A DNA stretch of 64,000 nucleotides. Origin: Trichosphaerium sp. ATCC 40318. Lineage: Eukaryota > Protista > Tubulinea. Shown one piece after another: positions 36,643 to 48,751 of this stretch. Position 1 is the first letter of the stretch. Every line of letters starts with the position of its first letter. The stretch is taken from NCBI GenBank assembly GCA_038496445.1, contig JALMLS010000228.1:1-64000 (forward strand), in the 5' to 3' direction. The position numbers and the translations under genes are program-made. The notes beneath the pieces are model-generated. The model made no database searches. It worked only from the letters and a program-made list of their open reading frames with translations, and was not told the origin of the DNA.

Positions 36643-37788
36643 TTATTTTGGTATTCTAGTCACTACAGAGCCGTCTTTTTGACCAAAAAAAGCTTTTGTT
36701 ATATTCAAGTTTTCTCCATTCAAAAATAAACCAGTTTCAACAACACCAGGAAGCATACGTATAAGTCTATTAAGTGACTTTGGATCTTCAATCTCACCGA
36801 AATCAGCGTCAATTATAAAGTGTCCATTATCTGTTACAACAGGTCCAGCCTTTGATTTAGCCATACTAACAAAACAATCAGTAAACCATTCAACAACTTT
36901 AAAAGAAAACAAAAGTTGATGTTCTGTTACCGTAAAGTCGTTGTTTTAGCTCCAAGTGCTTGTAGTCTAGTACATAGAGGTTCATATCCAAGTTGAATCA
37001 CCTCAATAGGTACACCTTTCCTCCATTGCTGAACAAAACGGGAATTTTCAGTTTCCCGTCAAAAAACAAACGAAAAGTTTTTTTACCGATCAAAAACGGC
37101 CGTTGAAGTCGTACCTGACCAAGTTTTGTTGATTCTTTACGATAATCAGCGATTATAACGAGTTGTTTTGCGTAAGTTGCGATTATTTTTTCTTGCGTCT
37201 GTGCACCGCCGCCTCCTACGTCAAGACGTTATGTTAGGGGATATCGAACGTATTGCGAACCTTTAATGCAGTTTAAGTCTAAATCAACTTCATCAGCACC
37301 ATCAATGGCTACATCCATCACAGGATCTTTGTTGTAGGTATTCAAGTCTCCTAGAACCAATCCAGCTTCTCTTATGAGTTTGGTGGATTGAAAAGACGTT
37401 GGAATACAAACAATGTTCAGTTTTTCATCTTTTACGCGCTGTTGTAGCCTACAGTGGCGAATGGGTGAGAAAAATTCAACCGCAAGTACAGAAAACGATT
37501 ACTTCGCTTGTTTCTACTATAAAACCGCGTTGGATAGCATTAACAGGCGGTTAAACAAATGTCACTTTACAGTACAAATAGTAAACAAGTCAAGTACCTT
37601 TCTACCGCGTATACGACAGTAGATCCACTCCCTACACCAACCACCTGGTTATCTCGAACATATTCGTCAACAGCAGCATAACCAGCCTTCTTTTTAGCGT
37701 CTTCAATGCTCATTGTATATGACCTTATACTTACACGCGGCTTGCTTCGTATTATGTGCCTTGAAGTCAGTTTACAGATGCACAACAT
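36643..37788 (-). CDS. rpiA: Ribose-5-phosphate isomerase A, multi-intron
   Basis: [69 protein letters not shown]. Core Met at 37713; upstream in-frame ATG at 37788. Confidence 0.95.
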
Positions 37789-38070
37789 TTTACTAAAGTC
37801 AGAAGCGTTCAATGCACGGCAGCTTATCTTTCTGAAGAGTAAATGCTTACTACTTCATTGTAAACAACTTTTCGAGCATCAACAGCCTTACTCCTCAAAT
37901 CACGTGTTCGTTTTGTTCTATGAACTAAGGCAGTTGTTTTCGTATTTCTATTCTTAGCCATAACTTTCACGCGAGTATACTCCCTCCTTGTTTTTGCAAT
38001 CATTGTTTAGGACCGTATAGTAAAACCTTTGGTTTTTAATGTACAAATACAAATGTTTAGCCAGAACCCA

Positions 38071-38798
38071 TCACGTTCGCGTTGCGTTCTGTCCAGCCTA
38101 TTTTAAAAAAGCAAATAAGTAAAAACTGTCACGTGTTTGATCTTCGCCACAAACAGCAAAATAAAATAAAACCCACCTGTCGTATGGCTTCAACCCAACT
38201 GTTTAAACTCTTTTCATCTGTACATACAACATTGAATACTTTTGTTATGTTGGGCGAGTAGAAAGAGAAGCAGTGTTTTTTAAAGCTATGTTTCTTTGTT
38301 TTTAGTCCCATCTCTGTTAGTATAGCAACATGGTATAAAGGTATACATCCAAGAGGCTTTTCAAGGTACTAAAAGAAAACATAATAATCAGCGAAAATAT
38401 ACAAATTAGACGGGTTGATTGTTGGTCTCACGTGTTTGTTTGTCTTTACCTGTGCGTTTTTAAAGTAAAAAACCTTGTCCCCTTTCAACACAAACCATCT
38501 TTTTTTCCAATTTCTAATGATATGACCTGGGATAAGATTCGAATATAAGATTTTAAAGCATTCATGATTATGTACAAAGTAGAATTGAGGCGAACGAAGT
38601 TGGTTTCAAAAATGCGGAGCCTACCTTGTTTTATTAGATATCCTTCTTTGTCAGGATGCTTCCACATGTCTGGAGAAACCTATTACGATCGTGTAAGAAG
38701 CACGTACTGCATGGCAACAAACGTACTCTGATACCATTTACTTTAAGCGTGAAGGAACTCTCAGATGTAGAAGCTACAGTGTTACGGTGTTTTGCCAT
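38071..38798 (-). CDS. Small single-PH-domain protein
   Basis: KEGYLIKQ|GHIIRNWKKRWFVL..VFYFK, PLGCIPL, LNSWVEAIR; basic beta1-beta2 signature of phosphoinositide binders. Confidence 0.9.
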
Positions 38799-39782
38799 TT
38801 GAACTTTTACAGTTTTACTTATTACGTTTTGTTTAAGGTAACACGTGACTACCAAAGACCGAAATGGCTAATACCCTTAGCACGCAGTCACTATCAGTTA
38901 TACGACTCACCAACGAGCAAAACTGTTAAAAAACAACCGAATTTCCGTCTAATTATTTGAAAATTATTATTAACCTGATAAGCAAGTGTTAAAAGGGGCC
39001 GAACTAAAGCGGCCGCAAAGTGTTACTGTGCAGTTTCTCACGGATTTCACTTGGGAATCGGAACTTCACAAAGAACACTATAACCAATGTCGCGTCAGCA
39101 CGGAGAATTGAAGTGTCACAAAACACGTTTGCACAAAAGAAACTGAGGTAGCACCTACTGAATTGACACTGATCACGTTGTGTTCAATAACAAGTTATGC
39201 TCCTTGCGATCTTTTTTAGTGCATTAGTGAGTTTCGATAATGAAAACGAACTATGTACCAAAACTACATTTGTCAAAGGCCAAACTCCCAAATAAAGGAG
39301 TTTGAACGAAGCTACAATTCCTTTCTATAAGCCTAATGTATGCCTATTGTTTTAACAACAAGTATTACTACACTGTGGTTGGAGACGCTACAGTAGGTGC
39401 GTTGGTAGGCAATTGTAAACAACGTGCAGTTGTTGGATGCTGTAGTTGTGCATCAAGTGTCAGAGACAAGTATTCCGATCGCTTGTTCAGTATTCTTTCA
39501 CAATTAGTGATGAAGAACAATGTGACAATGAAGAAATTATCGGATTTAGGTAGCACATCAGGTAACAAGCATTGATAGTAAATCATATGCGAGATGGTGC
39601 AATAAGAACAGCTGCTATATTGACTTACAACATCGCTCACAATGTTGTTACAAATACAAACAGAACAGAAGATTACCAATTACTGCCGTTGTACAGTACC
39701 AGATATTATTAAAAATGGTACTCGTGAAGCAAACATAAACGTTTATTTGGTTCAATACTACTTGTATAGTTTGTTGCTATGT

Positions 39783-40072
39783 CTATTTTTGCCGCTCCCT
39801 TAGGATGGTGTCACTACGTTCCTTCTGCTAAACAGCACTCAGTGATCTGAATAACTGGACGAGAGACGCACCTTTCTCGCACCTTCTAAAGCTACGTCTA
39901 TTCTCTCAGCCAGATGCGTAAAGTTTATTGAGGTTGAAGTTTCGAAATCCCGTATTGTATTCCGTAGCAATTCTAAGGACGCCTCTAGTTGCTCGGAAGA
40001 AGTTTCATCAACTCCACAAACAGTAGGTTTCTTACAACTAGTAGAAGGATTGTCAATACTGGTTGAAGCCAT
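39783..40072 (-). CDS. Small hypothetical coiled-coil protein (2 exons)
   Basis: MASTSIDN..LEASLELLRNTIRDFE..GARK|QKERSDTILRERQK* via a GTGCGT..TTAG intron. Confidence 0.4.
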
Positions 40073-41082
40073 TGCAAATCTTGCTCAAATGCACGCTACA
40101 AAAAAATGTCAATTGCGCCAGTTAAGCGTCTACGCGGTAGCACGTAAACAATTGATGAATTCCACAAAGCCACGCGTTTACGTGCGCGGAGATAATTTTA
40201 ACAAGAGTGATATGCGTAATTGATTGGTGTATTTTATGGAGACAACAGGTATTTACAATAAGAGGGAGTAAAACGCAAAAAGCGTTGAGTTTTTAGCCAA
40301 AGGTGTTTTCTCCGCTGTAGGTAATGTACAAAAAGCCATCCTCGTCTTTATAACTCTCGTAGATAGTAGACATGAGCGCGGCTAGAATTAAAAATTAGTT
40401 TAAATCAAAACATTTTGAAATGTTTTATAATTCTATTATTCGTACAAGATGGAGGAAGTACATCATTAACGAACAGGAAAATAGCCTTTTCAGGGTTGAG
40501 TTTTGTCATGTGTTTTCTTATTTCGTAAACGAATTTGCCAACGGTGATGTCCTGTGGTACGAGGAACCTAAGGAGAGTTTAATAAAACGAAAAAGGTATT
40601 TAGTCGGGTAGAATTTACATACTTCTTCTTATCAATGTCAGGAGCATCGCTCTTTGCTGCTTTTTCGACAATGACCTTCGTTAACGTAAATTCAAAACAA
40701 CTTACAAGATATCAACGTACAGGGATCCTGTCTGGGTATTTGGACCTTATTTTCTGTGCAACCTCCTTGCGTTTTTCTATCAAGTACCGTGAGTAAACAA
40801 TTGGGGCAATGCGTAGTTACCCAAAGGATGTTCTTGCTTGAATTGTGACTTGTTGGACATGTTGTTTTATAATTTATGGCGAAGTCGGGTATGTATGCGT
40901 TTAAGAGAAGCAGCGCGAATTTTTAAGAGCGTTTTTTGCATTACCTTAACCGGCCCACCCTTTAAGTTTTTTTGGAAAAGTCAAAAATTTCGCCATTCAA
41001 CCAACAGCAAAAGCTTTTGTATTGGGTTGTTGCGTTTTGACATAAAACAACATCATTCTAGCACTAGACTAGCAGTTGAAAA

Positions 41083-44000
41083 ATGCCAGAGTCACCACAG
41101 GGTCGACAGCGTCGTGCAATTGGTCCTGTCAGAACAGTGCGCAGGAAGTACAGGGCCGCACCTTATTCCGCATCCCCACTGAGCCGTAGAAGGTCTCAAG
41201 GGCAGTCGCCTAAAAGACCTCAAACACCTGTACGTCCTAAATTACTTTGAAGCTTTCAATTAAATGTTTTAATACTCTACACATTGAAATTTGCTTTGAA
41301 AAACGCCTTGTATTGCTTCTTCCATGATTTTTCGAAAAACGCGGTATTTCTAATAACAATTTAGGGAGGCTCCAGTGTATTTGGTTCTATTGCTGGTTGG
41401 GTTAGCTCGATCTTCACTGGATCAAACGCTACAATAGAACCAACCTTTCAAACACCACAAAAGGAACCATTTTTTGCTACTGAATTAAACACACCGGTGC
41501 GTAAAGCTTTTTATGCCTTTTGGCGGCTAAAAAAAAAATAAAACAAAAACAAATTTATTAACCAAAATGGCTAAAAAATTAATCTTCCGACGTTAGGAAC
41601 CTTTTCAGGAGCTCCCAAGACAACAGCCAACGTCCCCAACAACTGAAGCGGCGAAACTACCCACCAAAAAAAAACTTAGCCGTATGTACCAACAAACACC
41701 TACTTTGCGCTCACCTGTAATAGCACACCCTCGTCAACAAAAAATGAGAGAAGCGAAGATGGTCACCACTCCAAGTCGTAAGCCAATCGTGCTTCGTGGC
41801 CCTACACCAGGTGATTCATCAACGTTCATTAACACTGCCTTTGGTGGCATTATGGACAAGAATTCGCGTTTGAAAACAAATCCCCCTCAAACGGAAAAGC
41901 CACCTCTGTGTGCGTTTGACGTCAAACTAAATCTATTTGCTGGGCGGGATTTTTTGTTTTAATTTTTGCCTTTTTTGTCTTTACGCGTAGACATGTATTT
42001 TTACGCGTTATAATGTTTTGCATCGTTTCGAACCAAATTTAATTTATCGCAAAACCCGCTCTTGCAATTAAAAACGTACTGACATTGATACTAGCTAAAC
42101 TAAGAGGTTCGGCATTCGGTGGACGTCCAAGTTCTGGATTACAACCATACTACCCAAAACCAGGTGGTATTGGCACACCTATACCAGCGCGCTATGCTCA
42201 TGGTCAGATTGAACGGGTTGATCGCAATAAACTTTTTGGAACGCCTGTTTCAAGCGAAAGAATTGTTCGTGATATCCCTAGGAGCTATGAAGCTTCACCA
42301 CGGCCAAATCGTACCCCTAGTAGGCACACTAATACCTATTTGCAATTCGACTCTCCAATGCCACCACTTGGTGATAAACGTAAACGTACACGTGAGATGG
42401 AGGGTTTTGAAAATGTGAAGCGTATTAGACAGACTCCTACTGAAGATATGACCGATGAAGAGGAGATTTTGGTACGTATTTTATTGTCGTTTTGTTTTGG
42501 AAGTAATTCTGCAATTGGCAGTTTTTTTTTTGTCTGTTTATTTAATTTTTGTTTTAGCGCATATTGGCAAATCCTAGGAAGTCCGCACTCCTTGCTAAGC
42601 TACTTTCGGAAATGAGTGGCGTTGATGGCGATAAAGCAGCTGCACGCAAAGAACTAAGGCGTAACCGCGAGAAAATTCGTAGGAGGCGTACACGTGTTAA
42701 GCAACAGGATTCTGACTCGGATTCTTCTATGTCTATTGAAGGTAGAACAAAGAGGAGAACGAGAACTAGAATTACAGAGAAAAGCAACGAGAGTACGTCC
42801 AGTTCTAAAATTTTTTTCGAGGAATTTTTTTGTTTTATTTTTTCATCACTTCTGACAGTTTGTCTTAAGATTTAGCAAAGAGAAGAATATCTCGCCTTGC
42901 AGCTCAAAAGAGGGCTAAGGAAGCCAAAAGAAAAAAAGCAAGAAAAGTGAAAGCAGTTGCATCAGAGGTGGGCGATTCAGACGAAAAGCCGCTTGTGGAA
43001 CAGACGTCTACACTTGAACGAAAAACGAAGAAGACAAAACCAAAGCCTGTACCAGTATCAATAATGGATCAAGTACCTGAAAAAAAAGAAGAATCAGTCG
43101 ATGCTAATGCAATGGATATTTCTATGGATAAGAAGGTTGAAAGCAAACCTTACTTGCTTAACTCCACACAGATACCAAAATCTACTCCTACAAGGTCTCT
43201 TAAATTCACTAATGACCAAGGATCCCCATGGCCTAAACAACAGGGACCTTCTGATAGCTTTAACGTGACATCAACAGTAAGTCAACAAAAAAAAATTACA
43301 CTCGATTTTTTTTTATATTTCGGTTTTTTTTTCAGACCTTATAGACTTCTTTGTTACTTTTATTTATTTTTTCTTTAGCCTGATACCTCTTTCTCTAAGC
43401 CAGGTGATATAGCACCAAAGTTCAATTGGGGTGGTAAAGAAACAAAGCTACCACCAGCTTCTTTTGATCCTATTAATATGGTCAAAGACGATATCAGCGT
43501 TCCATTAACTACTGATGATATGGAAGAAAGCGGAAAGAGTATGGATGTAACTCTAGAGTCCTTTGACAGGAAGAACAATGGTATGGATATCTCAAAGGAT
43601 GAAAAATCAAGAGACATTCCTATGAAAGTCGTTACTGCGCCTACACCACAAAAGGCGAAGCCTTTCTTGCTCAGTTCTGAAGGCGTCAAAAAACAAGGTT
43701 TTGGTAGTACAAATGCTTCTGAAGAAGCTTCAGCAAAGCCTGCTTCAGGGTTCCCAGGGTATCCTGTATTCCCAACTACACAGACACCACCAACGCCCGA
43801 GAAGAAGGAGGAGAAGAAAGAGGAACCAAAAGAAGAGAATAACAACGGGTTTAGTGTTGCTGTTGATACTTCAGCTTTTGCTGGTTTTGGAGGTAAACCT
43901 GTAGAGAAAGTACAACATGAAAGAGCTGATGAACCAGATGCAAATGATTCGTTTTCTGTTTCTGGGTTTAAAGGATTTCAACTGCCTGCTTCTGTTGCTC

Positions 44001-46219
44001 CTAAGAAAGAGGAAGAGAAGAAGCCAGAGAAGAAAGAAGAGGCTCCACGTCCTATGGGCTTTGGTTGGGGTATTCCTGATCCTTCCGCTGCTGCAAAGCC
44101 TGCTGAAGAGAAGAAACCTGAGACTCCGGCACCTGCTCCTGCTGCTGCTGCTGCGCCTGCGGCTACACCTGCGGCTACGCCTGCTTTCTCTGCGACTAGT
44201 GCTTGGGCATCTGGTGGACAAGCTGATCTAAGTGGTCTTAAAGCAACACCACTTCCAACAAGTGGGTTTGGTATGCCTGCTGCTACACCTGCAGCTACGA
44301 CTGAAGAAAAGAAAGAGGAGCCAAAAGCAGCGTTTTCATTTGGCGCTGCACCTACTTCTGATACGCCTGCACCAAAGGCGAATATCTTTGCTGTACCTGC
44401 TGCAACTGGCAAGACAACAGTACGCAGAACTTTTATTTTTGAAATTTTTAATGTATTTTCCTTAACATTGTTTGTAGGATACACCTTTGTCTCGTGCTTC
44501 AAGCGCTGGTAGCGATATGGATATGGAAGGTGAAAATCAACCATCAATTGCTCCAGTGGGTTCAACTGCATTTAACTTTGGTGGTAACTCAGCTTCAACA
44601 TCAACGTTTGGTTCTGGAGCTGCTGCCAGTACAACTGGTACGTTCAGTTTTTTCTCATTATTTATTCTTTTCTCTTGTTGTAACGATAGTGATTTGTCCT
44701 GCTATCGTATCTGTTTATTGTTCCTTTGGGAATATGAAAGATAAGCAAGCTCTACGTTTGTTAGTAATCAGGACTATCCCTAACCCGTCACTTAAAAACT
44801 ACGCCCCTTTTCAATGTGATTTGCTTCTTGAAAGCATCGGCATGTTCGAAACTTGGCTATACCATACGGGCTCCCGGATAATCCGGTGCTTACCGCAAAT
44901 ATTAATGCTTATCGCACCTTGCTACTTCGGGAACATTTTTATTATGAAATTATTTGGTTTTTTTTATCAACTAGCTCCTTTGTTAACGTTCTTTCAAGGT
45001 GGTGATGCTAAAGCAGCGTTTTCTTTTGGTGCTCCAGCACCTGCATCTAATACACCGGCACCTGCAGCCAAAACTGAAGCACCAAGCAATAGCGGTGGTA
45101 ATACCTTTTTCTTTGTACTTTGCGTTTTTTTCTGATCGTTTTTTTTAGTCTTCGTTTTTGGTGGTTCTCCTGCTCCTAGTAATACACCTACGCCAGCTTC
45201 TCAATCAACCGGATTTAGTATATCCGCTGGTTCTTTTGGCCAAAGTAGTACGTTTAACGTCGCTAGACTTTTTTCTTCTTCGAACGTTGTTTTTTAATTT
45301 TTCAACTTAGGTACTTCACCTGGAACTGGAACTGCATTCACTGGTTTTGATGCGTTCAAGTCAAACAGTGAAAACAACTCATCATCTAACTCTGGAGGCT
45401 TTGGGTCCACCGCGAGCACAGGAGCTTTCGGTTCTACAACAAGCAATTCAAGTCCATTTGGTGGAAACAACTCGAGTCCTTTTGGAAATACCTCAAGTCC
45501 ATTCGATAGTAATAATAACAACACTGGTGGTAATAACAATGGAAGTTCTGGATTTGGTGGCAATAACTCAAGTCCTTTTGGAAATACTGGTGGTAATAAC
45601 AATGGAACCTCTGCGTTTGGTGGCAATAACTCAAGTCCTTTTGGTAATACTGGTGGTAATAATGCTGGTAATGGTCCATTCGGTGGTGGTAATTCTAGTC
45701 CATTTGGCGGTGGTAACAATAATAATGGAAGCTCTGCGTTTGGTGGTAATAACTCAAGTCCTTTTGGTAATACTGGTAATAATAGTTCTGGTGGGTCAAG
45801 TCCATTCGGTGGAGGTAATAACAGTGGTAATAATGGAGGATTTTCAGGTATGTTTTTTTTTTTAAAGTAGCGCTTCAAAACGCGTAGCGCTCTTTTGAGA
45901 AAAATATGAGTTTGCATGTACAAGTACTAACTTTTTTTAATTAGGCTCGTTTGGATCCTCTTCAAGTCCATTTGGTGGAAGTAATAATAACGGAGGCTCC
46001 AACCCATTTGGAGGCGGTAATAATAACAACGGCGGTTTTAGTATGGGTTCAACTGGTGGCAGTAATAATAACGGAGGCTCCAACCCATTTGGCGGCACTG
46101 GCTTCAGTGGCGGAAATGGAGGCTTCAACATGGGTGCAGCCCCTTCAAATACAGGCGCTCCAAAACGTCGTATTTTGAAGGCAAGAGGACGTCGTGGTCG
46201 CCGCCGAGGGGGTAGGTAG
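41083..46219 (+). CDS. FG-repeat nucleoporin of the Nup1/Nup153 (nuclear basket) type
   Basis: Basic N-terminus with RAAPY; FSFG/FNFG/FVFG repeats; many SPFGG(N)n repeats; C-terminal FNMG..KRRILKARGRR basic tail typical of Nup1/Nup153. Confidence 0.8.
44680..44937 (+). ncRNA. Candidate intron-encoded box H/ACA-type structured RNA (~255 nt)
   Basis: Inside the unusually long intron 44638-44998. 3' hairpin UCCCGGA/UUCGGGA with an internal pocket and GGUGC/GCACC upper stem, followed directly by ACA-UUU; ANANNA (AUACCA, 44859-44864) upstream; several further hairpins 5'. About 41% GC versus very U-rich intron ends. Confidence 0.65.
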
Positions 46220-46904
46220 ACTGAAAAACGGATTAAGGCTTCAGAAGACTGTTACTTTCACAGACCAGACTGTCAGTTTTCTTGTATATACTGTGGTACG
46301 TATTCTATTTATTCTTTCCTTACTCCAGTGCGTAAAAACGATGCCCTAACTTTTTTGTAGAATAAGCATTTGACTTGGTTTGAACTGATCGACAATTTTT
46401 TTAATCTTCCCCTTTTTTTTCACCCTTCTCTCCCTACGTGCACCAACGCGCATCACTTTCCAAAAAAAATCAAAATCAAAACTTGGTGCTGGTGAAAAGT
46501 CTCCGCACGTCCCTATTTGGGCAAACATCGATGTGTTGTACTTGTAGAACAAAGATGATGGTATTTTACCAAACTACAAAAGTTGTTTAATTAAATTCAC
46601 CATTTTGCTTCAGACCGTTATGTTATTTGTGACTAATATTATTGTGTAAATTGAGTAAACCATGATGTTAACTAGACAACTCTACTAGTTGTGTAAACAT
46701 GCAAATCGTAACTTGTGACCGATGATTGTACTGTATACCCTGGAGATACAACCTCATTTGTAGACAATGAGTACGACTTTGATTTATATGTAACTGAAAG
46801 TAGCAATAAATTGGTATTGATTGTGACGTCTGCCTTAAAGTCTGTAGCTAAGTTTGACTTTCGCTAAAAAGCACTAAAGTGCTTTGAAGGCTAATAGATA
46901 ATTT

Positions 46905-47971
46905 ATGAAGAAGATCAAAGTGCTTGTTAACGGTGATGGAGCGGTTGGTATGTGACAATTCTATATTCATTATTTTTACTTTAAATTGCCCCTATTAGGC
47001 AAAACATGCTTACTTATAAGCTACACAACCAATTCTTTCCCACTTGAATACAGTAAGATGTTATTTATTCCTCTTTGTGCTAAATTACAATAGTACCCAC
47101 AGTTTTTAATCCATACAGGTAATTAAGAGAATGGCTTCATCAGACATTAAGATTTTAACTTAAAAACAAAACTAGTTTGACAAACTACTGTTAGAGAAGC
47201 AACCTTTATGACGCTTCTACCTTGAGAACATACTTTTACTTTCTAACATTTTTCTGTAGCACAAGTATTTCGGTTTTGGGCAGGCCAATAAATATAGGTC
47301 TTGGGCTTTTATACTACCTTTCTTCTCATTGTGCTGACATATTTCTTTTTATAGAACTATGGGATTCAGCTGGTGCTGATGACTATAATAGGTTCAGACC
47401 TTTGACTTATTTTGTATGTGAGGACTTACTATTTGCATATGAGATGTGTTTTAAGCCTCACGTGATATTAGGATACAGATGTTTTTGTGATATGTTTCAG
47501 TATTGTTTCAAGAGCAAGTTTTGGAAATGTTGCTTCCAAGGTACAACCAGTCACATAGTCACTGCTCCTTTGAACAATTACCTTGTTAGTGGAAACCTGA
47601 AGTACAAAAGCACAGCTCTACCACACCAATAATTCTCGCTGGTCTTAAAATGGATCTACGAACAACACTAAGGCAGAATGGAAGTGCATATGAATGTATT
47701 ACTGAAAAAGAAGCTCAACACATGGCAAAAATGATAGGTGTAAGTTGTACAACAAGCACCTTTTTTTAATGTTCTTTCCTAAGGCACATTCATATGTGGA
47801 ATGTAGTTCTTTGAGGAGAGGAGATGGTGTTAAATCAGGTATTATCGTACGAGAATGTTTTTTTCAGCATGCTTATACTTGGTAGTATTTGATGAAGCTG
47901 TGCTTGCAGCATTAAATAATACTGGCCTAATAGGCTTAAAATCGCATAATAAATATTGTGTTGTCATGTGA
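46905..47971 (+). CDS. Rho/Rac-family small GTPase, atypical switch II, multi-intron
   Basis: GDGAVG|KTCLLISYTTNSFP, PTVF, LWDSAGADDY.RFRPLTY, GLKMDLR, YVECSS, VFDEAV, C-terminal CVVM (CAAX). Confidence 0.93.
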
Positions 47972-48751
47972 CAATGATAGCCCCTTTACTGACTCTCATA
48001 CCAAGCACACTCTATATAAAACAAGAGTAAGTGATATAATGTCTGAGATTCCTGGATCAAAACGTACAGTATTTAATATCGACAAAGAAAAGTGGGAGTT
48101 GTTTGTTTGCGAATCAGAAGAGCAGATAACCCAAAATTGTGTCAAGATCAATACTGCTAGGTGTGCTTGTGTAAACCTTTGGCAATGAGATCCCCAACAT
48201 CCACAAAGAGTGGTCATTCGTTACAACGCAGACAAATATGATTCTACTATAGTAGTGTCTATGAATCACAACCTTGAGCTCTACAACTAAAGCTATAAAA
48301 CAAACCAAAATTGCCTATAAATCACAGCGAAATCCTATCTAAGAGTAGCACAGGAGAATGCATTACTTCTTTTTAAGTGATTCCATAGAAATAGACAACG
48401 TCCGTCCTACACTCCCAGTCACGTTTAAAAGGTGCTATAAACTTAATAACTTTGTTTATAATCTGTTAAAGAGAAAAGTACTCCAGCAACAGTCTTGGGT
48501 TCTGTAAAATAAGCCACCAGGGTACAATATACAACAGCAGTGTGCTATTGATGGCCACTAATGCGTTGTCTTTCCTCCCAACAAGCGCGAGTTTGTATAG
48601 ATCTGGCGCAACAGGTATTCTAAGCCTCGTACACGTTATTAACAACAGATTTTTTATTGTTTTTTAGCTAATAATACAGAGTCTTTACATAGTTTAAGAA
48701 ATACAATTAGAAGGGAGATATGAATTGAGCGTTAACCGCCTCTTTTTTTGC

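Noticed and set aside
45400-45830. Regularly spaced repeats resembling a CRISPR array
   Set aside because: They are coding FG repeats with related spacers, in eukaryotic DNA with no cas genes.
43375-46131. Long antisense and alternate-frame ORFs over the nucleoporin gene
   Set aside because: Shadow ORFs of low-complexity repeat coding sequence.
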